Assembly (NCBI GenBank): GCA_041640595.1 | Contig: JBEPZY010000002.1 | Coordinates: forward strand, 500,651-564,650 | Direction: 5' to 3' | Source of the DNA: Gemmatales bacterium | Lineage (GTDB): Bacteria; Planctomycetota; Planctomycetia; Gemmatales; HRBIN36 | Length of the DNA: 64,000 nucleotides | Shown: piece by piece, positions 1-10,602 of the stretch | Layout of the letters: each line of letters starts with the position of its first letter | How positions within the stretch are numbered: the stretch's first letter is position 1 | Program-made: the position numbers and the translations under genes | Notes under the pieces: generated by a model | The model's input: the letters and a program-made list of their open reading frames with translations, nothing else | The model's database searches: none | What the model was told of the DNA's origin: nothing

Positions 1-435
1 CACCAACAGGATGGGCCGCGACGGTCGAGCAGCGCGCACCTGGCGCACCACCGTTATTAACCGATGGAGAGCCTGGTCGAGAAGGCGAACGGTGACCAGG
101 ACGGCATGAGCTTGTTCATTGAAGCGAGCCAGGTCCTGCGTCGGGTCGTATTCGGGTTCTTCCAGACCGCGTGTGTCGAGGAAAGCCAGCAGCGGTGTTT
201 GCTCGCTTGGAAAATAATAGATGCGGGAATACTGCGTGGTGGCGCGGAAACCCTGGCCGATTTCGGCATTGCTGGCGCCAGTCAGGTAGCGGATGATGGA
301 GGTCTTACCGCTTTGCGCTTTGCCGAGCAGCCAGAATAAAGGGACAGGCAGTTGCTGACGAATTTCTTCGAGGCGTTGCTGCAAGGTACCTTCGAAGGAT
401 TGCTGTCCGCGCAACCACCTGAACCAGCGGCGCAT
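1..435 (-). CDS. P-loop GTPase (YcjF/DUF697-associated or Era-like), 3' end runs off the window
   Basis: Not in the ORF track. Manual translation from ATG at 435 gives MRRWFRWLRG...WLLGKAQSGKTSIIRYLTG...FLDTRGLEEP, with G1 (GxxxxGKT) and G3 (DTRG) motifs; open to position 1. Confidence 0.8.
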   Translation of the reverse strand, partial: MRRWFRWLRGQQSFEGTLQQRLEEIRQQLPVPLFWLLGKAQSGKTSIIRYLTGASNAEIGQGFRATTQYSRIYYFPSEQTPLLAFLDTRGLEEPEYDPTQDLARFNEQAHAVLVTVRLLDQALHRLITVVRQVRAARPSRPILLV

Positions 436-469
436 AGTAAGCTCGCGAATAGGTATCGGTTAGGGCAGA

Positions 470-1387
470 CTACCTGGGGAGTAAACCGTAGTCCTGAAGC
501 GTGCGGCGAATGCGTGCCTCACCAGTGGCATCTAACGGACAAAGCGGCAGCCGCAGTTCGCCTGTATCCATGTTGAGCAGTTTCATAGCCGTCTTGATCG
601 GGATAGGATTGGTGGCCACACCAAGCAAATCGCGGCATAACGGAAAGAGTCGGCGATGCCAGGCGATGGCTTCTTGGAGACGGCCAGCTTCGAAGGCGGC
701 GATCATGGCTTTCATATCCCGCGGCAGGATGTTGCCTACCACGGAAACGACACCACGCCCACCCACGCTCATGATCGGCAGGGTCAGGCTATCGTCGCCG
801 CTGAGAATCGTCAGGCGGGTAGTCAAAGCGATTTGCGAAACCTGGTCGAGCGAGCCACTCGCCTCTTTGATGCCAACAATGTTAGGAATTTCCGCGAGCC
901 GGGCGATAGTTTCGGGCAAAATGTTGGAACCGGTACGGCCGGGGATGTTGTAAAGGACGATCGGGATGTCCACAGCTTCGGCAACGGTAGCGAAATGGCG
1001 GTAGTAACCTTCCTGGGTGGGTTTATTGTAATACGGGCCGACCATTAATGCGGCATCGGCGCCCGCACGTTTAGCGAATCGGGTCAAGCGGAGGGCTTCG
1101 CGGGTGCTGTTGGAACCGGTGCCCGCCATCACCTTGATGCGTCCGCGTGCTCGTTCGACAACCGCCGCGATTACCCGCTCATGCTCCTCATGGTCGAGCG
1201 TGGGCGATTCGCCGGTTGTGCCAACCGGGGCCAGGCAGTCAGTTCCCTGCGCGACGTGCCAATCTACAAGCTGGCCCAGCCGTTCCCAATCAATTTCGCC
1301 GTTGCGGAACGGCGTAATCAGAGCGACCGTCAATCCCGCGAAGCGCTCGCCTTTGGTGGTTGGCCAATCGGTGTTGCTGTTGGTCAT
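470..1387 (-). CDS. dapA: 4-hydroxy-tetrahydrodipicolinate synthase
   Basis: [35 protein letters not shown] and NPIPIK motifs; start uncertain (1387, 1399 or 1426). Confidence 0.95.
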   Translation of the reverse strand: MTNSNTDWPTTKGERFAGLTVALITPFRNGEIDWERLGQLVDWHVAQGTDCLAPVGTTGESPTLDHEEHERVIAAVVERARGRIKVMAGTGSNSTREALRLTRFAKRAGADAALMVGPYYNKPTQEGYYRHFATVAEAVDIPIVLYNIPGRTGSNILPETIARLAEIPNIVGIKEASGSLDQVSQIALTTRLTILSGDDSLTLPIMSVGGRGVVSVVGNILPRDMKAMIAAFEAGRLQEAIAWHRRLFPLCRDLLGVATNPIPIKTAMKLLNMDTGELRLPLCPLDATGEARIRRTLQDYGLLPR

Positions 1388-1907
1388 GGCAGGGCTCATT
1401 TTTGAGTCGGCGTCCATGCACGCCACCGAGATGTCCGGAGCACGTTACGTATCTTTTTGTAGTCGGCAAGCATGATCATTGCAAGTAGCGAATGCCGAAC
1501 ACTGACGGCAGGCGGAGACGAACGCAGGGTTCTGGCAGGTTCAACCGAAGGCCGTTCATGCTGCTGGCATTCCTCGCCTCAACCGTCGCACGAATTCGCC
1601 TGGAAGCACATGCCAATTCGTACTGCCTCTGTGCTTCGGCAGGAATACTGATTCGAGAAGTCCTCATACAATGGTTTTGGGAAAGCTGCCGTAATGACCC
1701 TTGCCGGTCTTGTGTCCATCCACGGCAGGAAGAGTGGGGAAAGAAGCACGAATGGAGTCGCCAGTGGCCCGCGCCAGGAAAGCGCTAGCTAACTGGTTGA
1801 GCGGCAATTGCAACCAGCCAGCAGAAGCGGTTGGCATCGAATCCTGGCCGACGCGCTTTGCTGCAGACCGCCGGGATAACTCTCTCAATCAGCAACCCCG
1901 TGGCACC

Positions 1908-3290
1908 ATGGGACCGGAAACCATCGTCCTGAAAATCCGCTGGATTGGCGTGGTGCTGGGCCTGTTGTGGGTCAACCTGGCGCCAACGCTCGCCTACCGG
2001 GCGATGCTCAATGGCATTTTGTTGCTGGGTTTGGCCTATGCGTTGTGGGATACCTGGGCAACCCTGCGGGGCTGGATGCTGGCGCAACGGTATCCGCTGG
2101 TCATTTCGCTGCTGGAGGCCCTGTTCATTGGAGTGTTGTGCTACTACGACGCGGGAGTGCACAGCCCGTTTCGTTACTACTATCTGCTGTCGCTGATTAT
2201 TTGCGCGTTGCGTTATGAGCCGGTGGTAACGTACGTCACCTTTGGCCTGCACAGTGCGAGTTTTGGCGTGTTGTATCTGGCACGCTCCTGGGGCGAGGAA
2301 GATGCCCGAGAGTTGTTGCTGGGTCTGGTGCTGATGGGCTGGGTGAGCTGGGCGGCGGATTCGCTGGCTTCCTGGCTGAAAGAAACGGGAGAGCGGTTGC
2401 GGCGGTTGAATGCCGAACTGGAAAACGAGAGGCAGACCCTCGAGGCCAGGGTGGAGGAGCGAACTCGCCAGTTGCAGGAGGCCCAGGCAAGTCTGTTGCA
2501 GCAGGAGAAAATGGCTGCATTTGGTTTGCTGGCGGCAGGAATCGCCCATGAAGTAGGCAATCCCCTGGCCTCCATCAGTTCCCTCGTCCAGTTGCTCCAG
2601 CGACGGGTCAGCGACACGGCTGTCCAGCAGAAGCTTGCCCTGGTGAATGAACAGTTGCAGCGCATTCAAACCATTCTCCGCGAGTTGATTGATTTCAGCC
2701 GACCTGCGAGCCGGGAACGTATCTGGACGACGGTGGCCAACCTCGTGCAGCAGGCACTCAATATCGCTAAGTATTACAAGCCTACTCGTGGCAAGACGAT
2801 CACCACCGACCTGCCCACGGATTTGCCGCAAATCTACGTGGTGCAGGACCAGTTGGTACAGGCTTTGTTGAATCTGGTGCTGAATGCCATTGATGCCACG
2901 CCGCCCGGTGGACACATCCATATCGCGGCAGCTATCGAAGCCGGTGAACTGCGGTTGCGAGTTTGCGATGACGGTTCGGGGATTCGCCCCGAAGACCAGG
3001 ACAAAGTGTTCCGGCCCTATTTTACGACCAAGCCGCATGGCACCGGCCTGGGACTGTTTGTCACTAGGCGACTTGTCGAGGAGCATCAGGGACGGGTGAC
3101 GTTTAGCTCCGTGCCGGGACGAACGGAGTTCTGCATAGCTTTGCCTCTGGCCGCGATCACAGCACCGGGCAGTTCGCCAAAAGCAACTGGCCAGCTGCAT
3201 CTTCAGGGGAACGACGATGGGAATGGCCTGCACAGCCGCGGTACACGAATCGGTCAACCCTGCGACAGCGCGAATCCTCATCGTGGATGA
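1908..3290 (+). CDS. Membrane sensor histidine kinase (NtrB-like)
   Basis: Several N-terminal TM helices, coiled coil, H-box AHEVGNPL, N-box NLVLNAIDA, DDGSG, FTTK and GTGLGL. Confidence 0.92.
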   Translation: MGPETIVLKIRWIGVVLGLLWVNLAPTLAYRAMLNGILLLGLAYALWDTWATLRGWMLAQRYPLVISLLEALFIGVLCYYDAGVHSPFRYYYLLSLIICALRYEPVVTYVTFGLHSASFGVLYLARSWGEEDARELLLGLVLMGWVSWAADSLASWLKETGERLRRLNAELENERQTLEARVEERTRQLQEAQASLLQQEKMAAFGLLAAGIAHEVGNPLASISSLVQLLQRRVSDTAVQQKLALVNEQLQRIQTILRELIDFSRPASRERIWTTVANLVQQALNIAKYYKPTRGKTITTDLPTDLPQIYVVQDQLVQALLNLVLNAIDATPPGGHIHIAAAIEAGELRLRVCDDGSGIRPEDQDKVFRPYFTTKPHGTGLGLFVTRRLVEEHQGRVTFSSVPGRTEFCIALPLAAITAPGSSPKATGQLHLQGNDDGNGLHSRGTRIGQPCDSANPHRG

Positions 3291-4686
3291 TGAACAGGTG
3301 CTTCGGGAGACTCTGGCCGAGCTGCTGGAGCAGGAGGGCTTTCCCGTTAAGACAGCCGATTCAGCTTCCGCCGCGCTGACGCTGGTAGAACAGGAACATT
3401 TCGACATTGTCTTCTGCGATCTGCAATTGCCTGATCAGGATGGCGTAACGCTTCTGGAGAAGATTTTGCAAATCAACCCGGAAACGTTTGTGCTGGTGCT
3501 GACGGCATACGGCAGCCTGGACACCGCTGTCGAGGCATTCAAACGCGGCGCCCATGATTATCTGACCAAACCAGTGCGGTTCGAGGAACTGGTCGCCAAG
3601 TTACGACAGCTCCTGCGGTATCGGCAGCTCTACCTGGAAAACCAGTGGTTGCGGCGGGAGTTGCATCGTCGTTACGATTTCGACCAGATAGTCGGAGAAA
3701 GCCCGGCCATGCAGGCAGTTTTCGAGCTGGTGCGGAAAGTTGCTCCGACACGCTCGACGGTGCTGATCCTTGGGGAAAGTGGCACCGGTAAGGAGCTGAT
3801 TGCCCGAGCTATCCACTACCACAGCCCGGATCGAAATGAGAAATTCCTGGCGGTGAATTGCGCTGCTATACCGCACGATTTGCTGGAGAACCAACTCTTC
3901 GGCCACAAGCGCGGGGCATACACCGGAGCTGACCGCGATCAGGAAGGATTGTTTGTTCACGTGGGACGCGGCACGCTCTTTTTTGACGAAATTGCCGAAC
4001 TGCCTTTGCCTATGCAGGCCAAGCTGCTGCGGGCAATTGAACAAAAGGAAATTTTGCCCGTCGGGGCCAATGAACCGGTGCGGGTGCAGGCGCGAATTCT
4101 GGCTGCTACCAACAAAGACCTGGCTCAGCTCGTTGAACAAGGCAAGTTTCGGGAAGACCTGTATTATCGTCTGAACATCGTAACCATCCGTCTGCCCCCC
4201 TTACGCGAGCGACGCGAAGATATTCCAGCTCTCGTGGAGTTTTTCATTGCCCGGCATCGGCGGGAGCTCAAGAAACACTTTGTCGGCGTGGACCACCAGG
4301 CCATGAAAATTCTGCTCAGCGCTCCCTGGAAAGGCAACGTTCGGGAACTGGAGAACGTGATTCAGCGGGCCATGATCCTGGGAGAAGGGCCCTTGATCAC
4401 CGCCAAAGACCTGCCGCCCGGTCTGGCTCCCGATCCGGAAGTCTGCCTGACCGACGACCTGCGCGAAGCGGTGGCCCATTTTGAACGCCGCCATATTACC
4501 CGTATCCTGCGGGAAACGCCTGACAAAAGGGAAGCAGCTCGTCGGCTTGGGCTGGCTTTGAGTTCGCTCTACCGCAAGATCGAGGAGTTGGGAATCGAGC
4601 TTGAACCGCGACCGGAACGGTCTGCCGCCTCGTCACGGTTTCAGCCACCGCAACAGCAGCCAGATGAGCAGGTGAAACGTAGCTAA
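3217..4686 (+). CDS. Sigma-54-dependent response regulator (NtrC/AtoC family)
   Basis: Receiver (IVDDE, DLQLP, KP), AAA+ GESGTGKE, GAYTGA loop, FREDLYYRLN, WKGNVRELEN, C-terminal HTH. Confidence 0.95.
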   Translation: MGMACTAAVHESVNPATARILIVDDEQVLRETLAELLEQEGFPVKTADSASAALTLVEQEHFDIVFCDLQLPDQDGVTLLEKILQINPETFVLVLTAYGSLDTAVEAFKRGAHDYLTKPVRFEELVAKLRQLLRYRQLYLENQWLRRELHRRYDFDQIVGESPAMQAVFELVRKVAPTRSTVLILGESGTGKELIARAIHYHSPDRNEKFLAVNCAAIPHDLLENQLFGHKRGAYTGADRDQEGLFVHVGRGTLFFDEIAELPLPMQAKLLRAIEQKEILPVGANEPVRVQARILAATNKDLAQLVEQGKFREDLYYRLNIVTIRLPPLRERREDIPALVEFFIARHRRELKKHFVGVDHQAMKILLSAPWKGNVRELENVIQRAMILGEGPLITAKDLPPGLAPDPEVCLTDDLREAVAHFERRHITRILRETPDKREAARRLGLALSSLYRKIEELGIELEPRPERSAASSRFQPPQQQPDEQVKRS

Positions 4687-5289
4687 GCCAATCAAAATCG
4701 TGCCACCCAGAAGCAGCACTGGCACCGGGCCGCGAGCGGCTTCTCGGGACGTGAGAGCCGCCTGTATCGTTTGCTCCACGCTCTGCCGCCAATCTTCGCT
4801 GCCTTCCAGCCAGCGCAGCGTGGCCGTTCGCAACCACGGGGAAATACGAATTTGCAGAAGCGCCTGCTGTTCCGGCCAGTAAACACAGTCCGGAACTATG
4901 GTGGCGCTGGCACTGAGCTGATGAGTCGCCTCGACTAGAACCTCTCGGACGTCTGCAGCGTCTACAGCGTAAATGATGGTGGTGCGAGCTTGTTTGCGGA
5001 GCAACCACCAGGCCAGCAACAGCAGCATGACTACATACCCCGCATAGCCGAGCCAGTACCACAAATCTCCGTGCCAGCGTAACCGATGCACCAACCAGGT
5101 CGGTGGCCCCAGCAGAAAGAAGCCGGATAGCCCTATCAGTAACGTGCTCAAATCGCGCTGACCGGATACCAGTACGGGATAGGCGAGGCGGTATTGCCAC
5201 GTACCCATCCCCAGCAAGTAAATGCCCAAAGGCAAACCGATTACCGACCATTCCAGAGAATAGCGGAGCCAGTCGGGTACAATCAACAT
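4633..5289 (-). CDS. Hypothetical membrane protein
   Basis: 218-aa ORF with 3-4 hydrophobic helices; converges on and overlaps the regulator 3' end. Confidence 0.6.
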   Translation of the reverse strand: MLIVPDWLRYSLEWSVIGLPLGIYLLGMGTWQYRLAYPVLVSGQRDLSTLLIGLSGFFLLGPPTWLVHRLRWHGDLWYWLGYAGYVVMLLLLAWWLLRKQARTTIIYAVDAADVREVLVEATHQLSASATIVPDCVYWPEQQALLQIRISPWLRTATLRWLEGSEDWRQSVEQTIQAALTSREAARGPVPVLLLGGTILIGLATFHLLIWLLLRWLKP

Positions 5290-5394
5290 AACTTGCCAGC
5301 GTGTCGGTTACCGAGTGCACCGGTTCCGAAGCCTGCCCTCGCGGATGCGGCGAGAGCAAACCAGCCGGTGCCGGGTTTTCGTGTGCACACCCGA

Positions 5395-6030
5395 TTATTT
5401 CAGTTCCACCGACCAGTAGGCTTCGCTCAGAAATGCTTTCCAGGATTGGTATTTGGCCTGGGTCAATTTCTGGGCGAGGATAGGACTGCGTTTGGGTTTT
5501 TCGGGTTTGCGAATCAGGGTCATGCCTGCCTCTTTAGGAGTGCGTCCACCTTTGCGGACGTTGCATTCCAGACAGGCACAAACGACGTTCTCCCAGGTGC
5601 TTTCGCCACCCCGGCTGCGCGGGATGACGTGATCGAGGCTCAGTTCGCTGGTGGGAAATCGTCGGCCGCAGTACTGGCAGGTGTTGTTGTCGCGAGCGAA
5701 AATGTTGCGGCGATTGAACTTCACCGAAGTGCGCGGAATGCGATCGTAGTACAACAGCCGGATAATCCGCGGCACCTGAATGGTGCGTTTCACCGTTCGC
5801 ACCCAATCGCCGTCCACCTGCTGAAAATGGCGGGCCCGATACTCACTGAGTTCCTGCCAGCTGGCGAAATCGTAGCTGACAAACTGGCCATCCTCGAAAT
5901 CCACGACTTCGGCCACGTTTTTCGACAGCAGGCAAAAGGCGCGGTACGCTGACACCACGTGAATCGCCAGGTAGAGGCGATTCAACACCAGCACACTGGA
6001 TTCCAGCGCCGGGGGCAATTTTTCTCGCAT
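5395..6030 (-). CDS. HNH endonuclease (McrA-like)
   Basis: [10 protein letters not shown]...[12 protein letters not shown]...[22 protein letters not shown] Shine-Dalgarno-like site before ATG 6030 (ORF extends to 6099). Confidence 0.9.
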   Translation of the reverse strand: MREKLPPALESSVLVLNRLYLAIHVVSAYRAFCLLSKNVAEVVDFEDGQFVSYDFASWQELSEYRARHFQQVDGDWVRTVKRTIQVPRIIRLLYYDRIPRTSVKFNRRNIFARDNNTCQYCGRRFPTSELSLDHVIPRSRGGESTWENVVCACLECNVRKGGRTPKEAGMTLIRKPEKPKRSPILAQKLTQAKYQSWKAFLSEAYWSVELK

Positions 6031-6202
6031 GGTCAGCGCACCTCTAATGGCGACGTCAAGCCGGTCCATCAGACTCGGCATGGACATAATGTATCCCATT
6101 TTACGCCGACTCTGTCGGTTACGCCAGCCAGCGCCCGCACGGAGAACGCACGTTTCCGCCCAGTGGCGCTACGCAACCGCCGTCCTCGCCACTTGCGGGA
6201 GA

Positions 6203-6320
6203 AAGTTGTAAGGGGTGCCGGAGTGAGCGTTGGGGTTACGGTTTCTTTTGCGTCCTGGCTCCTGTCCATCGGACGAACCGGGCATTACCATAGTGTCAGC
6301 CACCTGGAAATAACGTGTCA
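6203..6320 (-). ncRNA. ssrS: Probable 6S RNA (short planctomycete type)
   Basis: Minus strand folds as a long rod: terminal hairpin GTCC-GAT-GGAC, GGTTC/GAGCC stem, A-rich central bubble (AAAAGAAAC) and an imperfect closing stem ending CCGGCACCCC; resembles planctomycete 6S loci as I recall them; boundaries approximate. Confidence 0.5.
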
Positions 6321-6357
6321 ACTGGCCAACGTCGAAGCACGCGGTGGGGATGGTCGG

Positions 6358-7323
6358 ATGAGTACAGGGGCGGACATAGCGGCGAGCCAACCGATTGGCG
6401 AATGGCAACAACGGCACCTCCTGACGCTGGAGGAATTGTCGCGCGAGGAGATCGAAACCGTCTTTCGCTGGACCGATCGCTTCCGCACCTTGCTGACGAC
6501 TGAGCGAAGCAAACTGAACTGGTTGAGCGGTCGGCTGGTGGTCAATCTCTTTTTCGAGCCGAGTACCCGCACCCGCATCAGTTTTTCCCTGGCAGCGCGG
6601 CGACTGGGTGCTGATACTGTGGATTTCACCGTAACCGGTTCGAGTGTGGCCAAGGGCGAGTCGTTCATTGACACGGCCAAGAATCTGGAAGCGATGGGTG
6701 TGGATGTTATGGTGGTGCGGCATAGCTCGGCGGGAGCGCCGCAACTCCTGGCCCAGCACCTCGGTTGTGCCATTGTCAATGCCGGCGACGGTGCCCACGA
6801 ACATCCCACGCAGGGACTGCTCGACCTCTACACCATCCGCCGTATCAAAGGCCGTATCGCCGGTTTGACCGTGGCTCTGGTTGGCGACATCTTGCACAGT
6901 CGGGTGGCACGCAGCAACATTCATGCCCTGAAAAAGCTCGGTGCTCATGTGATCGTGTGCGGGCCGGCAACGCTGGTCCCGCCTCAACTTCGGTGTCTGG
7001 GCGTGGAGGTCAGCCATAACCTCGACGCCATTTTGCCCCGCTGCGATGTCGTCAATTTGTTGCGGATTCAGTTTGAACGTCAGCGTACCGGACTGTTTCC
7101 TTCCATCCATGAGTATGCCCGGTTGTTTGGGATGGACGGAACACGCCTGAAGCGAGCCCGACCGGATATCCTGATCCTTGCCCCCGGCCCTATCAATCGT
7201 GGTGTCGAGATAACACCCGAGGTAGCCGACGGACCGCATTCCGCCATCCTGCATCAGGTAACCAACGGATTGGCGGTGCGCATGGCCGTGCTCTATTTGC
7301 TTTGCCAGGCCGGCAAAAGATGA
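6358..7323 (+). CDS. pyrB: Aspartate carbamoyltransferase catalytic subunit
   Basis: [56 protein letters not shown]. Confidence 0.97.
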   Translation: MSTGADIAASQPIGEWQQRHLLTLEELSREEIETVFRWTDRFRTLLTTERSKLNWLSGRLVVNLFFEPSTRTRISFSLAARRLGADTVDFTVTGSSVAKGESFIDTAKNLEAMGVDVMVVRHSSAGAPQLLAQHLGCAIVNAGDGAHEHPTQGLLDLYTIRRIKGRIAGLTVALVGDILHSRVARSNIHALKKLGAHVIVCGPATLVPPQLRCLGVEVSHNLDAILPRCDVVNLLRIQFERQRTGLFPSIHEYARLFGMDGTRLKRARPDILILAPGPINRGVEITPEVADGPHSAILHQVTNGLAVRMAVLYLLCQAGKR

Positions 7324-7486
7324 CCGCTTTCGATCGCCTCGCCCAAAAGAGGCCGGAAGTCTAGCCGGGCACACCAGATGGCCGAAAGTAGCTTTCCTCC
7401 GTGCCGTGATGGGTACGGAAAAGCAGAAGCGTTGACCGTGTGATGGCAGCGAACTGCCCACTAGCTATTTGCACCTGAGAATCGCC

Positions 7487-8770
7487 ATGCCGCGGACACT
7501 GATACGTGGTGGACGAGTGATTGATCCGGCTCAGGGACTGGACGCCGTAACCGACCTGTGGCTGGAAGGGGATCGGGTTCTGCACATTGGTTCCCGTCCT
7601 GATCTGCAGGCCGAGATTGTGGTGGACGCCACCGGCAAAATCGTTTGCCCGGGTCTGATTGATATGCACGTGCACCTGCGCGAACCGGGACGGGAAGAGG
7701 ATGAAACGATTGCCACAGGAACAGCCGCTGCTCTGGCCGGAGGCGTAACCAGCGTGGCCTGCATGCCGAATACCGAACCGGCAATAGACAACCAGGCCGC
7801 CGCGGAATTCGTGATTTTACAGGCGCGGCGTGCCGGTCAGGCCAACGTCTTCCCCATCGGTGCTATTACCAAAGGCAGACGGGGTGAGGAGCTGGCAGAA
7901 CTGGGAGGGCTGGTCGAAGGCGGCGCCGTGGGTTTTTCCGATGATGGCAGCCCGGTGCGCAGCGCTGAAATCATGCGGCGGGCTCTGGAATATGCCCGCA
8001 TGTTTGACCGTGTCGTCATGGATCACTGCGAGGATACGGAACTGACGCGGAACGGCGTGATGCACGAGGGCGAGGTGAGCCTGGCTTTAGGATTGCCCGG
8101 TATGCCTGCCGCTGCCGAAGAAATTATGGTCGCCCGCGATCTCATCCTGGCGGAACAAACCGGTGGCCGATTGCATATTCTTCACGTTTCCACTGCCGGA
8201 AGCGTCGAACTGATCCGCCGAGCCAAGCAACGCGGCGTAGCTGTTACTTGCGAGGCCTGCGTGCATCATTTCGCCCTTACCGATGAAGCCCTGCGAAGTT
8301 TTGACAGCAATTTCAAGATGAACCCACCCCTGCGAACCCGCCGTGATGTTGAGGCCATCCTGGTGGGATTACGCGATGGCACTATTGACGCCATCGTGAC
8401 CGACCACGCGCCGCACGCCCCTGAAAAGAAACTGCGGGAGCTGGACCAGGCACCTTTTGGCGTCATCGGGTTGGAAACGCTTTTGCCCATTTGCATCAAG
8501 ACGCTGATTGAGCCCGGTGTGCTTACCTGGAGCGAAATGATCGCCAAACTGACGATCCACCCAGCGAGGATACTCGGCATTGATCGCGGTACACTCCGGC
8601 CTGGCGCCATTGCCGATGTAACCATCATTGATCCGGAAGCGGAATGGACAATTGATCCGAACCAGTTTCGCAGCAAGAGTCGCAACTGTCCGTTTGCGGG
8701 CTGGCGTGTTCGCGGGCGTGCGCATACCGTCCTGGTTGCCGGCCAGGTGAAATACTCCCTGGCACCATAA
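7487..8770 (+). CDS. pyrC: Dihydroorotase
   Basis: DMHVHLREPG, CMPNTEP, KMNPPLR, TDHAPH; follows pyrB. Confidence 0.96.
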   Translation: MPRTLIRGGRVIDPAQGLDAVTDLWLEGDRVLHIGSRPDLQAEIVVDATGKIVCPGLIDMHVHLREPGREEDETIATGTAAALAGGVTSVACMPNTEPAIDNQAAAEFVILQARRAGQANVFPIGAITKGRRGEELAELGGLVEGGAVGFSDDGSPVRSAEIMRRALEYARMFDRVVMDHCEDTELTRNGVMHEGEVSLALGLPGMPAAAEEIMVARDLILAEQTGGRLHILHVSTAGSVELIRRAKQRGVAVTCEACVHHFALTDEALRSFDSNFKMNPPLRTRRDVEAILVGLRDGTIDAIVTDHAPHAPEKKLRELDQAPFGVIGLETLLPICIKTLIEPGVLTWSEMIAKLTIHPARILGIDRGTLRPGAIADVTIIDPEAEWTIDPNQFRSKSRNCPFAGWRVRGRAHTVLVAGQVKYSLAP

Positions 8771-8822
8771 CCCGCCAGGCTACCCAGACGCGAACCGTCC
8801 CAATTGGATACGCGACGTTTGC

Positions 8823-8934
8823 ATCGGTGCTCCGTGCGTTTGCATTCGCGCACATTGCCGCGTCCGGTCCCAGTGAGGCCAAGCGGCAAAGTTCGGAGTT
8901 CGTATCGGTGCTCCAAGCGTTTACATTCGCGCAC
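8823..8934. repeat. 31-bp direct repeat pair (8823-8853, 8904-8934)
   Basis: ATCGGTGCTCCGTGCGTTTGCATTCGCGCAC vs ATCGGTGCTCCAAGCGTTTACATTCGCGCAC, 28/31 identical, period 81. Confidence 0.8.
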
Positions 8935-8949
8935 TCGGAAGAAAACGAA

Positions 8950-8989
8950 ACCGGTGGCAGATGGACAGCGATGCCCCATCCCCACCGGT
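8950..8989. terminator. Hairpin between convergent genes, possible terminator
   Basis: ACCGGTGG...GATGG / CCATC...CCACCGGT inverted repeat; no strong U-tract on the plus strand. Confidence 0.3.
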
Positions 8990-9037
8990 ATTGATGCTGA
9001 GCCAGGCGCGGATGTTGCTAAGCTTTCACTGTGCGTG

Positions 9038-10567
9038 CTAACGAGACGCCTTGTCCAGCGGTAAGGTCACAGGAACATCGAACACGGTTGGCGCAGAGCG
9101 ATGGGTAACGACGAGCCGGGCCACTTCTTTGTCCACCTGAATCGCCTTTCTCTGCCGCCCGTCGAGTAGCAGGAATCTGTAGGTCAGCTCGTAAGACTGC
9201 GCACCGCCCTGGTTTATGGCTTTTGCCTGGTAGCCGACCTGCGGAAACAAATTACCTTTGTCGTCGAAAAGTTGGCAGAAGATGGAAGAGGGGTCGCCGA
9301 TTCCAGCGCCGATTACGTTGCCCGGCCCTTGCACCTGAATCGGTAGCTGAAGCTGGGGCGGTTTATTGGTCTCCAGCGTAACAATCAGCTGGGGACCAGC
9401 CTGTTTGACTTCCTTAAGCCGGAATTGAAATTCGTTGGCCTCGCCGAAAGTTTTGCCAGCCGCTTCCAGCGGTTTTTCAATGCTCACCTGTCGGACTTGA
9501 AAGACGTCCAATTCCAGGACAGCTTGCAGTCTGGTCGGGGCTTTGCCGCTGGCGAGATCACGAAGGTGCAGCTGGGCCAGGCATCGCCAGTTTTGCACCC
9601 CCGGTCTCATACCGGGCGCGATAATGCGAGCGTTACCGGGAACAATCTGAATTTGAATCTGGGCATTACCGCCCGGAGGAACCTGCAACTGGATCTGACG
9701 TTGCAATTGTTCCAGTGCTTCCTCTTCGGGCGTTTTGTGCTGCGTGATTTCGGCTTTGGCTTGGATGGGCTGGCCGGTCTGGTCGAGCAAGGTAGCTTCT
9801 CGCAGTCTCGGTTGACCGCGAAGGGCATAACGCTTTGGCTCGACGCAAATTTCCAACCAGCCCTCCCAGTTACCGTCATCGAGTTTGTTCATGCGGAGCA
9901 GACAAACGCGGACAGATCCCGCATAACAGACCGACTCCCGCTGAAGCTGGCCCTCTTCGAGTCTCCAGGACTGCGGCAAAGGAACTGGTCGGCGGTTTTT
10001 ATCGGGCAGTTCCGGTGCTGCAGGCCGTAAGCCACACGCTGCCAGCACGCGATCGACCACTTCCCAGAGCGGCGCATTATCTATCCGCAGGGAAATCTGC
10101 TTGCCGGCCCACTTTTGCCGCTCCGCCGGATTGTTCTCGAACACGATGCCGGTTTTCGCTTCTAAATCTTTGAGCACTTCGGGAACAGGCGTGCCGTCGT
10201 AAGCGACCGAGATAAGCGAGGGTTGGCGCAGGCGCTGGGCGATCGTCCGTGCTTCAATAATCCGCGCTAAATCCGCGGCCCGGCGTCGCACTTCCTGGTC
10301 TTCGCTTTTCTGAGCAGCTTCCTTGAGTGCCGGCAATGCCGCTTCGCCGATCGCTTCGAGTGCTTTCTGGGCCTTCTCGCGTTCGGCATAGGTGGGGGCA
10401 CCTAGCCGCTGGACCAGTTGTCTGATTTCGGCATCGGTTGGTTTGGCAGCAGCGTTAACGTCCTGGCCAGCGCTCGGCACCGTTAGCGCTGGAAGCATCA
10501 GGCACGCCACACCGAACACTGCCACAGGGAACCAAATCCTTCGAGGCATGCTCTTTCGGCCAGTCAT
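9038..10567 (-). CDS. Secreted protein with N-terminal HEAT-like repeat and STN-like segment
   Basis: Signal peptide; IRQLVQRLGAPTYAEREKAQKALEAIGEAALPAL; ISVAYDGTPVPEVLKDLEAKTG; GGAGG before start. Confidence 0.75.
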   Translation of the reverse strand: MTGRKSMPRRIWFPVAVFGVACLMLPALTVPSAGQDVNAAAKPTDAEIRQLVQRLGAPTYAEREKAQKALEAIGEAALPALKEAAQKSEDQEVRRRAADLARIIEARTIAQRLRQPSLISVAYDGTPVPEVLKDLEAKTGIVFENNPAERQKWAGKQISLRIDNAPLWEVVDRVLAACGLRPAAPELPDKNRRPVPLPQSWRLEEGQLQRESVCYAGSVRVCLLRMNKLDDGNWEGWLEICVEPKRYALRGQPRLREATLLDQTGQPIQAKAEITQHKTPEEEALEQLQRQIQLQVPPGGNAQIQIQIVPGNARIIAPGMRPGVQNWRCLAQLHLRDLASGKAPTRLQAVLELDVFQVRQVSIEKPLEAAGKTFGEANEFQFRLKEVKQAGPQLIVTLETNKPPQLQLPIQVQGPGNVIGAGIGDPSSIFCQLFDDKGNLFPQVGYQAKAINQGGAQSYELTYRFLLLDGRQRKAIQVDKEVARLVVTHRSAPTVFDVPVTLPLDKASR

Positions 10568-10602
10568 GTTCTTCCTCCCGTGATTGCTTGACTGCTGGCA
10601 AA

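Noticed and set aside
1785..3407. Long antisense ORFs (also 6169-7461, 31070-32641, 34666-35772, 43871-45214)
   Set aside because: Shadows of well-supported genes on the opposite strand in GC-rich DNA, with no motifs
6240..6262. c-di-GMP-I riboswitch (GGACGCAAA on the minus strand)
   Set aside because: Lacks the GGCAAAC/GAAA P2 elements and the P3 stem
5395..6320. IscB/HEARO-type RNA-guided nuclease system
   Set aside because: Protein is 211 aa with HNH only, no RuvC or PLMP motifs; the RNA is short and 6S-like; no transposon ends seen
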